The translations under genes and the position numbers were made by a program. 64,000 nt of DNA from an uncultured Gammaproteobacteria bacterium (GTDB lineage: Bacteria > Patescibacteriota > Patescibacteriia > SG8-24 > DYFX01), in contig CAYOJH010000004.1 in the NCBI GenBank assembly GCA_964404275.1, forward strand, positions 5,172-69,171, in the 5' to 3' direction. The stretch's first letter is position 1. Every line of letters starts with the position of its first letter. The notes below the pieces were generated by a model. The model saw only the letters and a program-made list of their open reading frames with translations, made no database searches and was not told the DNA's origin. Below are positions 1 through 9,414 of the stretch, piece after piece.

Positions 1-284
1 GCGGCGGAAGCGCCCTGGCCGATTCCGGCAGCTCCGGCGGTTCCGACGGCGCGACCGGCGCGACAGATGCCGCGACGGATGCCGCGACGAGCGGCGTTCC
101 GAGCGACGCCGCCGATCCCTGCGACGGCACGCCACCTGACGGCGGCGACACCTGCGGATCCGGCAAAACGCTGCTCTGCCACTACCCGCCCGGCAATCCC
201 GGCAACCGCCACGACATCTGCGTCGGCACCCCGTCGGTGCCCGCGCATCAAGCGCACGGCGACACGCTCGGCGACTGCCACTGA
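1..284 (+). CDS. 3' end of partial ORF (frame 3) for a Gly/Ser/Asp/Cys-rich, probably secreted protein; stop TGA 282-284
   Basis: Open frame from window edge with high-GC3 codons (...PCDGTPPDGGDTCGSGKTLLCHYPPGNPGNRHDICVGTPSVPAHQAHGDTLGDCH*), followed by hairpin+T-run; preferred over track ORF 67..306 (Arg/Pro/Thr-rich, looks like a frame artefact). Confidence 0.4.
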   Translation, partial: GGSALADSGSSGGSDGATGATDAATDAATSGVPSDAADPCDGTPPDGGDTCGSGKTLLCHYPPGNPGNRHDICVGTPSVPAHQAHGDTLGDCH

Positions 285-291
285 GCCGGCG

Positions 292-323
292 ACCTCTCTC
301 TCATGAGAGGCCCTTTTTTTTCT
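292..323 (+). terminator. Rho-independent terminator (palindrome CTCTCTCATGAGAGAG + T8)
   Basis: perfect 16-nt palindrome followed by cccttttttttct. Confidence 0.6.
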
Positions 324-363
324 CGGCGTTTTCTGCTAGGCTGGACGCAATTCACTTTCTCTT

Positions 364-747
364 ATGAAGAAATACGCAGGATTGCTCATCACGCTCGCCG
401 CGATCGTTCTCGTAATCGGAGGCTTGGTCTATCTCTCCAACCGCCAGAATGCGACGCCCGGACAGTACGACAAGCTCGCCCAATGCCTCACGAAAAAGGG
501 CGTGAAGTTCTACGGCGCCTCCTGGTGCCCGCACTGCGCCGCGCAGAAAAAAGTCCTCGGCACCTCGATGAAGTACATCGACTACGTCGAATGCGCTAAG
601 CCGGACGGTTCGTCTGGCCAGACGCAAGCCTGTGACGACGCCAAGATCGACGGCTATCCGACCTGGGTCTTCCCCGACGGCACGCGCAAGACCGGCGAAC
701 AAGCGCCCGCCTCGCTCGCGGCCCAAGCCGGCTGCTCGATTCAGTAA
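364..747 (+). CDS. membrane-anchored thioredoxin-like protein (WCPHC active site), DsbA-like partner of VKOR
   Basis: N-terminal TM helix then thioredoxin-fold CxxC motif 'ASWCPHCAAQKK'; immediately upstream of a VKOR homolog. Confidence 0.7.
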   Translation: MKKYAGLLITLAAIVLVIGGLVYLSNRQNATPGQYDKLAQCLTKKGVKFYGASWCPHCAAQKKVLGTSMKYIDYVECAKPDGSSGQTQACDDAKIDGYPTWVFPDGTRKTGEQAPASLAAQAGCSIQ

Positions 748-779
748 TGTCATTCCTGCGAAAGCAGGAATCCAGATCC

Positions 780-1238
780 ATGATTAAAAATCACGCCGTC
801 CGCCTGCTTCTCTTCTTCGCCATCGCGGGCCTGCTCGTCTCCGCGTATTCGCTCCATCAACACTACGCGCCGCTCGGCACGAGCGTCTGCAACGTCGGTG
901 GCGCCTTCAATTGCGATCTGGTGAACCACGGACCATACGGCGAAATCGCCGGCTTTCCGGTCGCCGCGGTCGGCGTGATCGGCTACCTGATGATCCTAGT
1001 GGTCGCGATCCAATTCCTGCGCACGAAAGACCCGATCCTCGGCAAAGCGCTGCTTGTGCTGCTGGCCGGTGGCGTCGCCTTCTCGCTCTACCTCACCTCG
1101 CTCGAGGAATTCGTGATCCACGCCTGGTGCCTGATGTGTCTCGGCTCGCTCTCGAGCATCACCGGCGCGACGCTCTCGGGGATCCTGGTCTATCAGAAAC
1201 TGAAACCCGTCAGCACGGAAACGAAAATGCCGATGTAA
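780..1238 (+). CDS. vitamin K epoxide reductase (VKOR) family membrane protein; track ORF starts 747 but 748-775 is a REP-like repeat, ATG 780 preferred
   Basis: Multi-TM protein with loop cysteines (CNVGGAFNCD) and TM CxxC 'AWCLMCLGS' typical of VKOR/DsbB-like oxidoreductases. Confidence 0.7.
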   Translation: MIKNHAVRLLLFFAIAGLLVSAYSLHQHYAPLGTSVCNVGGAFNCDLVNHGPYGEIAGFPVAAVGVIGYLMILVVAIQFLRTKDPILGKALLVLLAGGVAFSLYLTSLEEFVIHAWCLMCLGSLSSITGATLSGILVYQKLKPVSTETKMPM

Positions 1239-1245
1239 GAAAAAC

Positions 1246-1272
1246 GACCCGCAGGGGTCGTTTTTGATATGC
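1246..1272 (+). terminator. Rho-independent terminator
   Basis: aaaaacgacccgcaggggtcgttttt hairpin + T-run after VKOR stop. Confidence 0.6.
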
Positions 1273-1285
1273 TACACTTCGCCAT

Positions 1286-3022
1286 ATGAAACGTCTGACG
1301 AACGAGGATCTCGCCGAGAAAATTGAGGAGACCGGGCAGCTCTACGAGATGCAGGGCGTTCAATTCAAGCCGCGAGCTTACGCGCGAGCGGCGGAGCAGA
1401 TCGCCTCGTTTGGACAGAGCATCGCCGATCTCTACAAAGAAAAGGGCGAGAGAGGTTTGCGCGAAATTCCCGGCGTCGGCCCCGGCATTGCCGGACATAT
1501 CGCCGAAATGCTTGAGACCGGAACGTTTTCGGAATTGAAGAAGCTGAAAAAGGCGACGCCCATCGACGTGCATGGTTTGCAGCGCGTCGAACACGTCGGG
1601 CCGAAGACAGCGCTCGCGCTCTATAAGAAACTCGGCGTGAAAAACGTCGCCGATCTGCGCAAAGCCGCCGAAGCCGGCAAGCTCATCAACGTCGTCAACG
1701 CGAAATTGGCGGAAAAAATCACGAAGGGTCTCGAATTTTTGAAAACCTCAGGCACGCGCCAAGTGCTCGGTCACATTTTGCCGCTGGCCGGACGGATCGA
1801 AGCCGATCTCCGCGACGTGTCCGGCGTTTCGCATGCCGCCGTGGCCGGTTCGGTGCGCCGCAAGCAGGAAACGATCGGCGATTTGGATTTCATCGTCGTC
1901 GCGAACGATCCCGAAGCCGTGATGGAACGCTTCATGAAATTTCCGCACGTCGTCGAAACGATCGAGCACGGCCCGACCATGACGATCGTGCGCCTCAAGA
2001 ACGGCATGCACGCCGACGTGCGCATCGTCTCTGGCGACGCCTACGGCGCGGTGCTCCAGCATTTCACCGGTTCCAAGGAACACAACATCGCACTGCGCAC
2101 GCTGGCCGTGAAGCGCGGATTGAAACTGAACGAGTACGGTTTGTGGAAAGGCAAGAAGCGCCTGGCCGCTCGGACGGAAGAAGACGTCTACAAAGCGCTC
2201 GGGCTTCCGTACATCGAACCGGAACTCCGCACGAATACGGGAGAGATCGAGGCGGCCAAAGCCGGCACATTGCCGAAGCTGATCCCCTACGGATCGGTGC
2301 GCGGCGATCTGCAAGTGCAAACCTCCTGGACCGACGGCGCGGCCACGATCGAAAAGATGGCGGCCGAAGCCAAGACGCGCGGCATGGAGTACATCGCCAT
2401 CACCGATCACACCAAGGCGCTGGCGATGACGGGCGGCCTGGATGAAAAGCGTTTGGCGCAACAAGGCAAAGAGATCGACAAGCTGAACAAGACGCAAAAA
2501 AACTTCACGATCCTGAAAGGGACGGAGTGCGACATCTTGAAGGACGGTCGCATGGATCTGAACGACGAAGCGCTGGCGAAACTCGATTTTGTCGGCGGCT
2601 CGATCCATTCGTACTTCCGCTTGCCGAAGGAAGAACAGACCGCGCGCATGATCACCGCGATGAAAAATCCGCACGTCGACTGCATCTTCCATCCGACCGG
2701 ACGCATCCTGAACCGCCGTCCGCCGTATGAGATCGACATGCTCGCGGTCCTCAAAGCCGCCAAAGCGACCGGCACCGCCATGGAGATCGACGCCTATCCC
2801 GACCGCAGCGACCTGCGCGACGAACACGTCCGCATGGCCGTCGGGCTCGGCGTGAAGCTCCTGATCGACACCGATGCGCATCATCCATCGCACCTCGGCT
2901 ACCTCGACCTCGGCGTCGCCATCGCCCGCCGCGGCTGGGCCTCGAAGAGCGACGTGCTCAACACGCGCCCCGTCGGAGAACTGCTGAAGTGGCTCAAGAC
3001 GCCGAAACACAAACGCCGCTGA
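1286..3022 (+). CDS. polX: DNA polymerase X family protein with C-terminal PHP phosphoesterase domain
   Basis: Pol-beta-like N-terminus with HhH (GVGPGIAGHI), nucleotidyltransferase region (GDLDFIVV), C-terminal PHP motifs (ITDHTKA..., IDTDAHH). Confidence 0.85.
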   Translation: MKRLTNEDLAEKIEETGQLYEMQGVQFKPRAYARAAEQIASFGQSIADLYKEKGERGLREIPGVGPGIAGHIAEMLETGTFSELKKLKKATPIDVHGLQRVEHVGPKTALALYKKLGVKNVADLRKAAEAGKLINVVNAKLAEKITKGLEFLKTSGTRQVLGHILPLAGRIEADLRDVSGVSHAAVAGSVRRKQETIGDLDFIVVANDPEAVMERFMKFPHVVETIEHGPTMTIVRLKNGMHADVRIVSGDAYGAVLQHFTGSKEHNIALRTLAVKRGLKLNEYGLWKGKKRLAARTEEDVYKALGLPYIEPELRTNTGEIEAAKAGTLPKLIPYGSVRGDLQVQTSWTDGAATIEKMAAEAKTRGMEYIAITDHTKALAMTGGLDEKRLAQQGKEIDKLNKTQKNFTILKGTECDILKDGRMDLNDEALAKLDFVGGSIHSYFRLPKEEQTARMITAMKNPHVDCIFHPTGRILNRRPPYEIDMLAVLKAAKATGTAMEIDAYPDRSDLRDEHVRMAVGLGVKLLIDTDAHHPSHLGYLDLGVAIARRGWASKSDVLNTRPVGELLKWLKTPKHKRR

Positions 3023-3042
3023 TGGACAGCGGCGTTCGCGCT

Positions 3043-3835
3043 TCAACCTTGCTTGGAAGAAGCGTCGATCGATATTTCGACGCCTTGACCGGCGCCCGTT
3101 CCTTTCTCGGCTCCTTGAGCGGGCTTCTCTTCTTCCGATTTTTCCTCCGTCGTTTTCTCTTTCTTTTCTTTTTCTTCGACTCCGGCGCGCTCTTCTTCCA
3201 GCTTCTTATCGACGCGTTCTTCGGCCTCTTTCGTCAAACTCTTGTCGAATTCTTTCATGAGTTCCGGAAGCTGCTTCAGAATCGCCGGCAAGGCCTTTAT
3301 GCCTTCTTTGAAGGCTGCGGCCAAGCCCTTCGCGGTTTCAGGGCTGAGACCGGAGCCTCCGCCTTCCAATGAGCGGCCGTCGCCGCGCTTTCCGCCTTTC
3401 AACATGCTTGCGAAATCTTTCGAATCCATCGATTCGAATTCCTTGAAAATCTCGTCGATCTTTTCTTGAAGAATTTTTTCTTTCTCTTCTTCGATCAAGC
3501 GTTCTTTCTCCTGGTGGCTGACGAGTTCTTTCTTTTCTTTTTCCAATTCTTCTTGGCGTTCCTCGAGCGCCTCCAGATTTTCCTGGTCCGTTGAAAGGCT
3601 CGGCGGATTTTCCTTGAGCGGCGGCAAGCCCAGCGACTCCCGCGTCTTGTTCAATTCCTTCGAGGTTTCGTCGATGGACTCTCTCAAGTTTTTCGCCTGC
3701 TCCTGCCCGCTTTCAAGCTCGCTTTCCAACCGTTCTTGTTTCCCGCCCGACGATTCAGCCGCCTGCTCTGATCGATGCTCGCTTGGATTCGGCTGGGTTT
3801 CTTGCGCCTTGGGCGCGCCTTCGTATTTGGACATA
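3043..3835 (-). CDS. Glu/Lys-rich coiled-coil hypothetical protein (low complexity); listed ORF extends to 4887 but the upstream part overlaps the tRNA and + strand genes
   Basis: ORF from MSKYEGAPK...; highly charged E/K repeats, locally lower GC from gaa/aag codons. Confidence 0.45.
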
Positions 3836-3902
3836 AACCGTAAAACATTTAGCTTCCCCAGGATAGCAGCAGGGCGACAAAAGGTAAAAAGAGCGCCCGC
3901 TG

Positions 3903-3937
3903 ACCCTGCACCGTCTGGTGCAGGGCGGCGTTTTTTG
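3903..3937. terminator. hairpin CCCTGCACC-gtct-GGTGCAGGG + T6 (member of a recurring hairpin family), bidirectional-looking
   Basis: A-run before and T-run after a perfect 9-bp stem. Confidence 0.55.
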
Positions 3938-3954
3938 TTAGCGTGTGCCGGTGA

Positions 3955-4040
3955 GCCCGGGTGGCGGAATGGTATACGCTCGCCACTTAAAATGGCGCGC
4001 CCGCAAGGGCATGAGGGTTCGAGTCCCTCCCCGGGTACCA
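3955..4040 (+). tRNA. tRNA-Leu (anticodon TAA), type II with long variable arm
   Basis: acceptor GCCCGGG/CCCGGGT, anticodon loop CTTAAAA, T-arm GGTTCGAGTCC, ends ACCA. Confidence 0.85.
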
Positions 4041-4137
4041 GCAAAAAAACTTCTCTTGGAGGAGTTTTTTTGCCCGTAAGAATCGCGATCCGTTTACGTT
4101 GTGGGTTGCGTGGGGATCGAAAAAAGGAGGTGCACCC

Positions 4138-4731
4138 ATGCCGAACCGAGCTGTCGTGAAGCTTCCCATGAGGCTTCCGAGAGATCAGATCCAGGAACTG
4201 CACGCCGAGCTGGAACGCCATGCCGAGCTGGCGGCCGAAGTCGCCAGGAAACGGCAGAAGACGGAAGCGCTCCACGAGCAGTATGTGCGCGCCGCCATGC
4301 GCGCTCGGGACTATGATCCGGAACATGAAGCATTGGCGCTGTCCGAAGGCTTGATCGATTGGGTCCATGCTTTCGAAGAGAGCGCCCTCCGCACGAAGCT
4401 TCAAGGACAGTTCGGAACCGGCGAGATGCCGATCGCCTTCGCGGAGATTTCGCTCACCGCGGGAAGCGCCTCGCTCGCCTTGCGCGGGGAACTCTGCGTG
4501 TACATCCACCCGAATGCCACGCTTGACGGCATCTATCACTACGTCGAATTCGCCGACGGCTTCATCGTGCGCCAAGGCCAGGATCTCAAGACCGCGCAGG
4601 ACCTTCTTCATCAAATCCACCTTCAGATGCTTCGCCCGTTGCATCGGGAAGTCATCGAGGATGCCGTGTGCTACCGACACATCCAGAAGTGGATGAAAGC
4701 GCAAAGCCAGCGCGTGCTCAGCGACGGCTGA
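4138..4731 (+). CDS. hypothetical protein, member 1 of a tandem three-paralog family
   Basis: RBS AAGGAGGT 6 nt before ATG; shares motifs LIDWVxxFExSxLRTxLQ, IHPxxxxxGIYxYxE, HxQMLRxxHREV with the next two genes. Confidence 0.55.
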   Translation: MPNRAVVKLPMRLPRDQIQELHAELERHAELAAEVARKRQKTEALHEQYVRAAMRARDYDPEHEALALSEGLIDWVHAFEESALRTKLQGQFGTGEMPIAFAEISLTAGSASLALRGELCVYIHPNATLDGIYHYVEFADGFIVRQGQDLKTAQDLLHQIHLQMLRPLHREVIEDAVCYRHIQKWMKAQSQRVLSDG

Positions 4732-4846
4732 CGACGACTTGACGCCCCGAAACACCCGTGCTATTTTCTCTCGTTCCGCCGCGAACCGCAGCGGAAATAC
4801 CCTTGCTTTAAAACGTGAGAGAAACGAGAAAGGACGGGTGGAGACC

Positions 4847-5437
4847 ATGTCGGAGGCCAGGTTCCGCATCCCTTCTGCGATCATCAAAGCTTTGAAGAAG
4901 CACGAACAGGCTTCGGAGAAGCGGCGGAAACAGGCTACGGAAGCCGAGAGGCTCTACGAGCAGTACGTGCGTCCCTGCAGTTGCGCGGAGATCGATCAGA
5001 CATCGATACCGTACGCCAGGGATTTGATCGACTGGGTCAACGAATTCGAGGGCAGCTGCCTGCGCACGACGCTGCAGTACCAGCTCGGCGAAGCGGACGT
5101 GCCGATCTGCCGCAAGTCGGCCTCGCTCGAAGCGGAGGCCGACGGCAGCCGCATCGTGATCGAGATCGGCGGCGAGCTGCGGATCCGCATCCATCCGGAG
5201 GGCGGAAGGAACGGGATATATCGGTACGCCGAGATCTGCAACGGCGTGCTCATCCATCAGAATCTCAACCGCAACAACATCGATACCCCGTTCGTCCTGG
5301 CGATGCGCGTGCCGCCCGTGATTCTCAAGCAGATCCATCGGGAGGTCGTCGTGAATCAAGACGTCTGGCCCAGGATCGAGAGATGGGTGAAGACGAAAAG
5401 CGCGAAAATCCTCAGGAACACTCTGACCGGCGGCTGA
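4847..5437 (+). CDS. hypothetical protein, member 2 of the tandem paralog family
   Basis: clear similarity to 4138..4731 over most of its length. Confidence 0.55.
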   Translation: MSEARFRIPSAIIKALKKHEQASEKRRKQATEAERLYEQYVRPCSCAEIDQTSIPYARDLIDWVNEFEGSCLRTTLQYQLGEADVPICRKSASLEAEADGSRIVIEIGGELRIRIHPEGGRNGIYRYAEICNGVLIHQNLNRNNIDTPFVLAMRVPPVILKQIHREVVVNQDVWPRIERWVKTKSAKILRNTLTGG

Positions 5438-5460
5438 CGAAGCCGCCTTTTTCTTTTCCA

Positions 5461-5489
5461 TTGACAAAACCGCCTGAAGCTGGTACGTT
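5461..5489 (+). promoter_or_regulatory. sigma70-like promoter TTGACAaaacc-N17-TACGTT
   Basis: matches the recurring TTGACAAAACC -35 motif of this genome; upstream of 5535 gene. Confidence 0.4.
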
Positions 5490-5534
5490 CGCTCGTCGCT
5501 CTTTGCCCACCCCCAGCCCAACGTGAGGTCCGCC

Positions 5535-6104
5535 ATGATCCGTGATCTGCCCAAGCAAGTTCCCACCATCGTCCTCGCCGTCGCCGACCGCGTCATCAAG
5601 GAAAGGGAGCGGTTCGAAAACAACCGCTCCGTCGCCATCAGCGCCTTCCGTGCGCACGAGCTGCTGGACCGCGATCTGAGCGCGGAAACCACCGCCGAAC
5701 TCGAAACCCGGGCCGAAGCGATCTGTGACTGGGGCGTGAACGTCCGCGAGGCGCTGCCGATCGTGCGGCTCTACCGCTGGTTCAAAACGGACGCTCCGCC
5801 CGCGCTGACGGTCGTGAACCACCAGATCACGCTCAAGCCCGTCGGGTCGGCCCCCGGCGGCACGCTCAAGATGCGCTTGGATCTCGAGCTCGATCCCGAC
5901 CGCGACGTGCTCTTCCGCCACCACGAGTGGTTCGACGGATATCGCGTGGCGGGCGGCGGCGTCATGAACACCGGCACCTCGCTGCTCATGTCGCTGCACT
6001 CCGAGATGCTCCGTCAGGTCCACGACCTGATCGCCGAGAACCAGATCTGGGAACGCGCCACCAACGACTTCACGAGGCTCCTCGAGAGCTTCAAGGACAG
6101 GTAA
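5535..6104 (+). CDS. hypothetical protein, divergent member 3 of the tandem paralog family
   Basis: C-terminal region HSEMLRQVHDLIAENQIWER resembles HLQMLRPLHREVIEDAVCYRHIQKW of member 1. Confidence 0.45.
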   Translation: MIRDLPKQVPTIVLAVADRVIKERERFENNRSVAISAFRAHELLDRDLSAETTAELETRAEAICDWGVNVREALPIVRLYRWFKTDAPPALTVVNHQITLKPVGSAPGGTLKMRLDLELDPDRDVLFRHHEWFDGYRVAGGGVMNTGTSLLMSLHSEMLRQVHDLIAENQIWERATNDFTRLLESFKDR

Positions 6105-6121
6105 CGCCTGTCTTTTTTTGT

Positions 6122-6157
6122 TGACGCAAAAACTGACGGCCGTCAGTTTTTGCGTCA
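6122..6157. repeat. perfect 36-bp palindromic repeat TGACGCAAAAACTGACGGCCGTCAGTTTTTGCGTCA (copy 1 of 4)
   Basis: perfect inverted repeat; related copies at 13309, 40359, 40895. Confidence 0.8.
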
Positions 6158-6197
6158 GTTGCGCCGTTCGCCGTTTCTCCCCTACGATAGAACTACT

Positions 6198-7253
6198 ATG
6201 GAAGAAATCGTCGCCAAAGCGCCGCCCCGACCCGCACCGGCTGGTGCAGGTCCCCGCGACGTCGCGCCGACCGCCCAGCCGGCCGAACAGGCTTTCGACG
6301 CGCGCCTGCGCCCGAAACGGCTTTCGGAATTCGTCGGCCAGCAGAAGCTGAAGGATCATTTGGCCGTCTTCCTCGGCGCCGCCCAGAAGCGCGGCGAGCC
6401 GATCGAGCACACGCTGCTCTACGGCAACCCCGGTCTCGGCAAGACGACGCTCGCGCACATCATCGGCAACGAGATGGGCGTGAACGTCCGCACGACCTCC
6501 GGTCCGGCGCTCGAACGCGTCGGCGACCTGGCGGCGATCCTGACGAACCTCGAAGAAGGCGACATCCTGTTCATCGACGAAATCCACCGGCTCAACAAAT
6601 TGATCGAAGAGGTGCTCTATCCCGCCATGGAGGATTTCGCGCTCGATCTCGTGATCGGCAAAGGCCCGTCGGCGCGCACGCTGCGCATGGATCTCCCCCG
6701 CTTCACCATGATCGGCGCCACCACGCGCCTCTCGCTCCTGTCCGCGCCGCTGCGCGATCGCTTTGGCGTCACGTATCATCTCGATTTCTACGGCGCGGAC
6801 GATCTTCGGCTGATCGTCGAACGCAACGCCGGCGTGCTGGGCTGCGCGGTCCGTCCCGACGCGGCGCTGCGCATCGCCGAGCGCGCCCGCCGCACGCCGC
6901 GCGTCGCCAACCGCCTCCTGAAACGCGTGCGCGACTACGCGGACTTTCACGGGAATGGTACGATGACCGTGGATATCGTCGATCGCGCCCTCACCATGCT
7001 TGAGATCGACGCCGTCGGCCTCGATCAAGTCGACCGCCTGATCCTCGAAACGGTCATCTCGAAATTCGCCGGCGGACCGGTCGGCCTGAACGCGCTCGCC
7101 GCCGCCACTTCGGAAGAGATGGAAACGATCGAGACGATCTACGAACCGTATCTCATCCAGCTCGGCCTGCTGCATCGCACGCCACGCGGCCGCATGGCCA
7201 CCGACGCCGCCTACGTCCACCTCGGACTGACGGCGCCGCAGAAACTCCTATGA
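6198..7253 (+). CDS. ruvB: Holliday junction branch-migration helicase RuvB (with Ala/Pro-rich N-terminal extension)
   Basis: Walker [15 protein letters not shown], Walker [11 protein letters not shown], RuvB C-terminal winged helix. Confidence 0.9.
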   Translation: MEEIVAKAPPRPAPAGAGPRDVAPTAQPAEQAFDARLRPKRLSEFVGQQKLKDHLAVFLGAAQKRGEPIEHTLLYGNPGLGKTTLAHIIGNEMGVNVRTTSGPALERVGDLAAILTNLEEGDILFIDEIHRLNKLIEEVLYPAMEDFALDLVIGKGPSARTLRMDLPRFTMIGATTRLSLLSAPLRDRFGVTYHLDFYGADDLRLIVERNAGVLGCAVRPDAALRIAERARRTPRVANRLLKRVRDYADFHGNGTMTVDIVDRALTMLEIDAVGLDQVDRLILETVISKFAGGPVGLNALAAATSEEMETIETIYEPYLIQLGLLHRTPRGRMATDAAYVHLGLTAPQKLL

Positions 7254-7501
7254 TCTCGTTCCCTCCTTTTTTCCTGCTGATCCCGTACGGACTGCTCCTG
7301 GCGGTCATGGCGTTTTTCGCGCTGGTCGACATCGTCAGCTTGGCGCGCTTCGGCGCCCGCAATTGGGTCGGGCTGCTCGCGAGCTTCATCTTCATCGCCG
7401 GCGCGGCCTTCATCCTGTACGTGACCTGGAATCTGCTGGCCGACGTTTCCTGGACGACGCCGATGCCGCTCATGTCGATTCCTTCCGTCCCCGCGCTCTG
7501 A
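7250..7501 (+). CDS. small membrane protein (2 TM), start overlaps ruvB stop (ATGA)
   Basis: hydrophobic ORF translationally coupled to ruvB. Confidence 0.4.
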   Translation: MISFPPFFLLIPYGLLLAVMAFFALVDIVSLARFGARNWVGLLASFIFIAGAAFILYVTWNLLADVSWTTPMPLMSIPSVPAL

Positions 7502-7502
7502 T

Positions 7503-8117
7503 ATGTCGATCTACCAGCTGTTCACTCCGCTCCAAGGCGAAAAAGTCGAGTTCTCGCTGCGACGCCATCCGATCGTCTTCGTGGGCCCGGTCTTCACGTT
7601 CCTGGTCATGACCGCGGTGCCCTTCGTGGCGCGCCAAGTGCTCTTGGCCGGCAAACCGCTCTCGCAGACGATCGTGAATCCGTTCGCGCAGATCGGCATG
7701 ATCCTGCTCGTGTCCATCTACTACCTCGGCATCTGGACGTTCTTTTTCAGCGAATTCATGGATTACTACCTGGACATCGATATCGTCACCAACGACCGCA
7801 TTCTTGACATCAATCAGCACGGGCTCTTCGGCCGGACGATCTCGGAACTCGACCTGACCCGCGTCCAGGACGTGCTCTCGGAAACCAAGGGCATCATCCC
7901 GACGCTCTTGAGCTACGGCCGCGTCGAAATCCAAACCGCCGCCAAGGAAGAGAACTTCATCTTCGAGCAGGTGCCCGATCCGCACGGCGTCCGCCAACGT
8001 ATCCTCGAACTCGCCGCGCTCGATCGCAAGAAAGAAGCGCGCGACATCATGAACGGCGCGACGCCCGGCCAAGCGGCCGCCGCCGAGAATGAGATGAAAC
8101 GTCAGCAAGGGTTGTAA
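7503..8117 (+). CDS. hypothetical membrane protein (two N-terminal TM helices + soluble domain)
   Basis: ORF with TM segments; no confident family. Confidence 0.5.
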   Translation: MSIYQLFTPLQGEKVEFSLRRHPIVFVGPVFTFLVMTAVPFVARQVLLAGKPLSQTIVNPFAQIGMILLVSIYYLGIWTFFFSEFMDYYLDIDIVTNDRILDINQHGLFGRTISELDLTRVQDVLSETKGIIPTLLSYGRVEIQTAAKEENFIFEQVPDPHGVRQRILELAALDRKKEARDIMNGATPGQAAAAENEMKRQQGL

Positions 8118-8118
8118 A

Positions 8119-8152
8119 AAGAAAAAGATCCCGATTGATCGGGATCTTTTCA
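8119..8152. terminator. bidirectional terminator between convergent genes
   Basis: aaaaag-GATCCCGATTGATCGGGATC-tttt. Confidence 0.6.
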
Positions 8153-9364
8153 GTTGGCGAACGCGGTCGCGCCGCCGAGCCAGGTTTTTTCGGCCAGGAT
8201 CTTGGCTTCGCGGAAGGCTTGAGACCAGCTGTCGCAGCCGAGGACGGCCACGATCAGCGGGCGTTCGCCGTCGCGCTTGATCCTTGTCACGAAACTGTAG
8301 CCCGCTTCGTACGTGAAGCCCGTCTTGCCGCCCGAGACTTCGATCGTGTCGTCCTTCATCAATTGATTGGTGTTCTTGATGAGGTGCGGGCCGGCGGCCG
8401 TGGCGACTTCGTAGGTCGGATCGGCGTCGAATTCGGCGACCCAGGAATCGTCGAAGGCCGTCTTGGCAAGCAAGGCGACTTCTTTGGCCGTCGAAACGTT
8501 GCCGGCCTGGATACCGGTCGGCTCGACGAACGAGGTCGAGGTCAGGCCGAGCGCTTTGGCTTTGTCGTCCATGCGCTGCACGAACTCGTCCTTGGAAAGT
8601 CCGGTCGCGCGCGCGACGGCATTGGCGGCGTTGTTGGCGGAAGCGATCAGCGTGCTGGCGATGAGATCGCGGACGGACAGGACGGTCCCGTCGCGGACGC
8701 GCAGGCGCCCTCCGCCGACTTCGTCATCGCGCGAGATCGCGAGCGACGCTTCGGGATCCACGCCGGCGTCGTGCGCGACCAGCATCGTCATGAGCTTGGT
8801 GATCGAAGCGATGCTCCGAACTTGATCGGCGTTCTGCTGCGCCAGCACTTCCCCGCTGTCCGCGTCCAAGACGGCGTACGACGGCGCGCGGACCGGCGTC
8901 GCTTCGGTCACCTTGAGCGGATCCACCGTGATCGTGAAGCGCGCGGTCGAACCGTAGATCCAAGCGGCGTGCTCGACGGCCAGCTGGAACGTTTCTTTAT
9001 AGGTGCCCGCGTTTTCGGGTGCATGGAGCGTGAACATCACGCTTCCGGTCTTTCCGGGCGAGACCGTGGCCTGGCCGAGCTTGGCCGCTTGATAGGCCGT
9101 CGGCCATTTTGCATCTCGAAAAACGCTTTTCCGTTTGTAGGGTCCGGTCGCATACAGCGAAACGTAATTCCTGCCGCCGCCTTTCCAGGAATAGCTGCCG
9201 GTGTTTTTGAATTTCAGCGTGATCTGCATGACGGATCCCGCTTCCATTTCGATCGTCCTATCCCCTTGCGCCGCGCCGGAGGCATACAGGCGCGAAGCCG
9301 CGAAGACCGGCACGGCCGCGAGGAGCGCGACGGATGCGATGACGATGGCGCACAAGCGTTTCAT
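8150..9364 (-). CDS. secreted D-alanyl-D-alanine carboxypeptidase (peptidase S11) with N-terminal Ig-like domain
   Basis: signal peptide MKRLCAIVIASVALLAAVPVFA; SxxK motif SITKLMT; listed ORF extends to 9919 without support. Confidence 0.8.
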   Translation of the reverse strand: MKRLCAIVIASVALLAAVPVFAASRLYASGAAQGDRTIEMEAGSVMQITLKFKNTGSYSWKGGGRNYVSLYATGPYKRKSVFRDAKWPTAYQAAKLGQATVSPGKTGSVMFTLHAPENAGTYKETFQLAVEHAAWIYGSTARFTITVDPLKVTEATPVRAPSYAVLDADSGEVLAQQNADQVRSIASITKLMTMLVAHDAGVDPEASLAISRDDEVGGGRLRVRDGTVLSVRDLIASTLIASANNAANAVARATGLSKDEFVQRMDDKAKALGLTSTSFVEPTGIQAGNVSTAKEVALLAKTAFDDSWVAEFDADPTYEVATAAGPHLIKNTNQLMKDDTIEVSGGKTGFTYEAGYSFVTRIKRDGERPLIVAVLGCDSWSQAFREAKILAEKTWLGGATAFAN

Positions 9365-9414
9365 GCTCCCCAGTATACCAAAATCCTCCGGCGTACGTCG
9401 GAGGATTAACGCGT

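Noticed and set aside
67-306. 79-aa + strand ORF in track
   Set aside because: Arg/Pro/Thr-rich translation; frame 3 gives a more protein-like C-terminal fragment ending at 284 followed by a terminator
3043-4887. 614-aa minus-strand ORF
   Set aside because: Only the 3043-3835 portion (E/K-rich protein from MSKYEGAPK) is plausible; the upstream extension runs through tRNA-Leu and antisense to + strand genes, a typical high-GC shadow ORF
6198-6300. Possible in-frame repeat insertion in the ruvB 5' end (GCACCGGCTGGTGC palindrome, Ala/Pro-rich N-terminal extension)
   Set aside because: Could simply be a lineage-specific N-terminal extension; the palindrome is short and high-GC sequence generates such palindromes by chance
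5412-7220. 602-aa minus-strand ORF
   Set aside because: Antisense to ruvB and the paralog genes; Arg/Gly/Asp-rich composition typical of high-GC shadow ORFs
8135-9409. 424-aa + strand ORF
   Set aside because: Antisense to the clearly recognisable S11 carboxypeptidase gene
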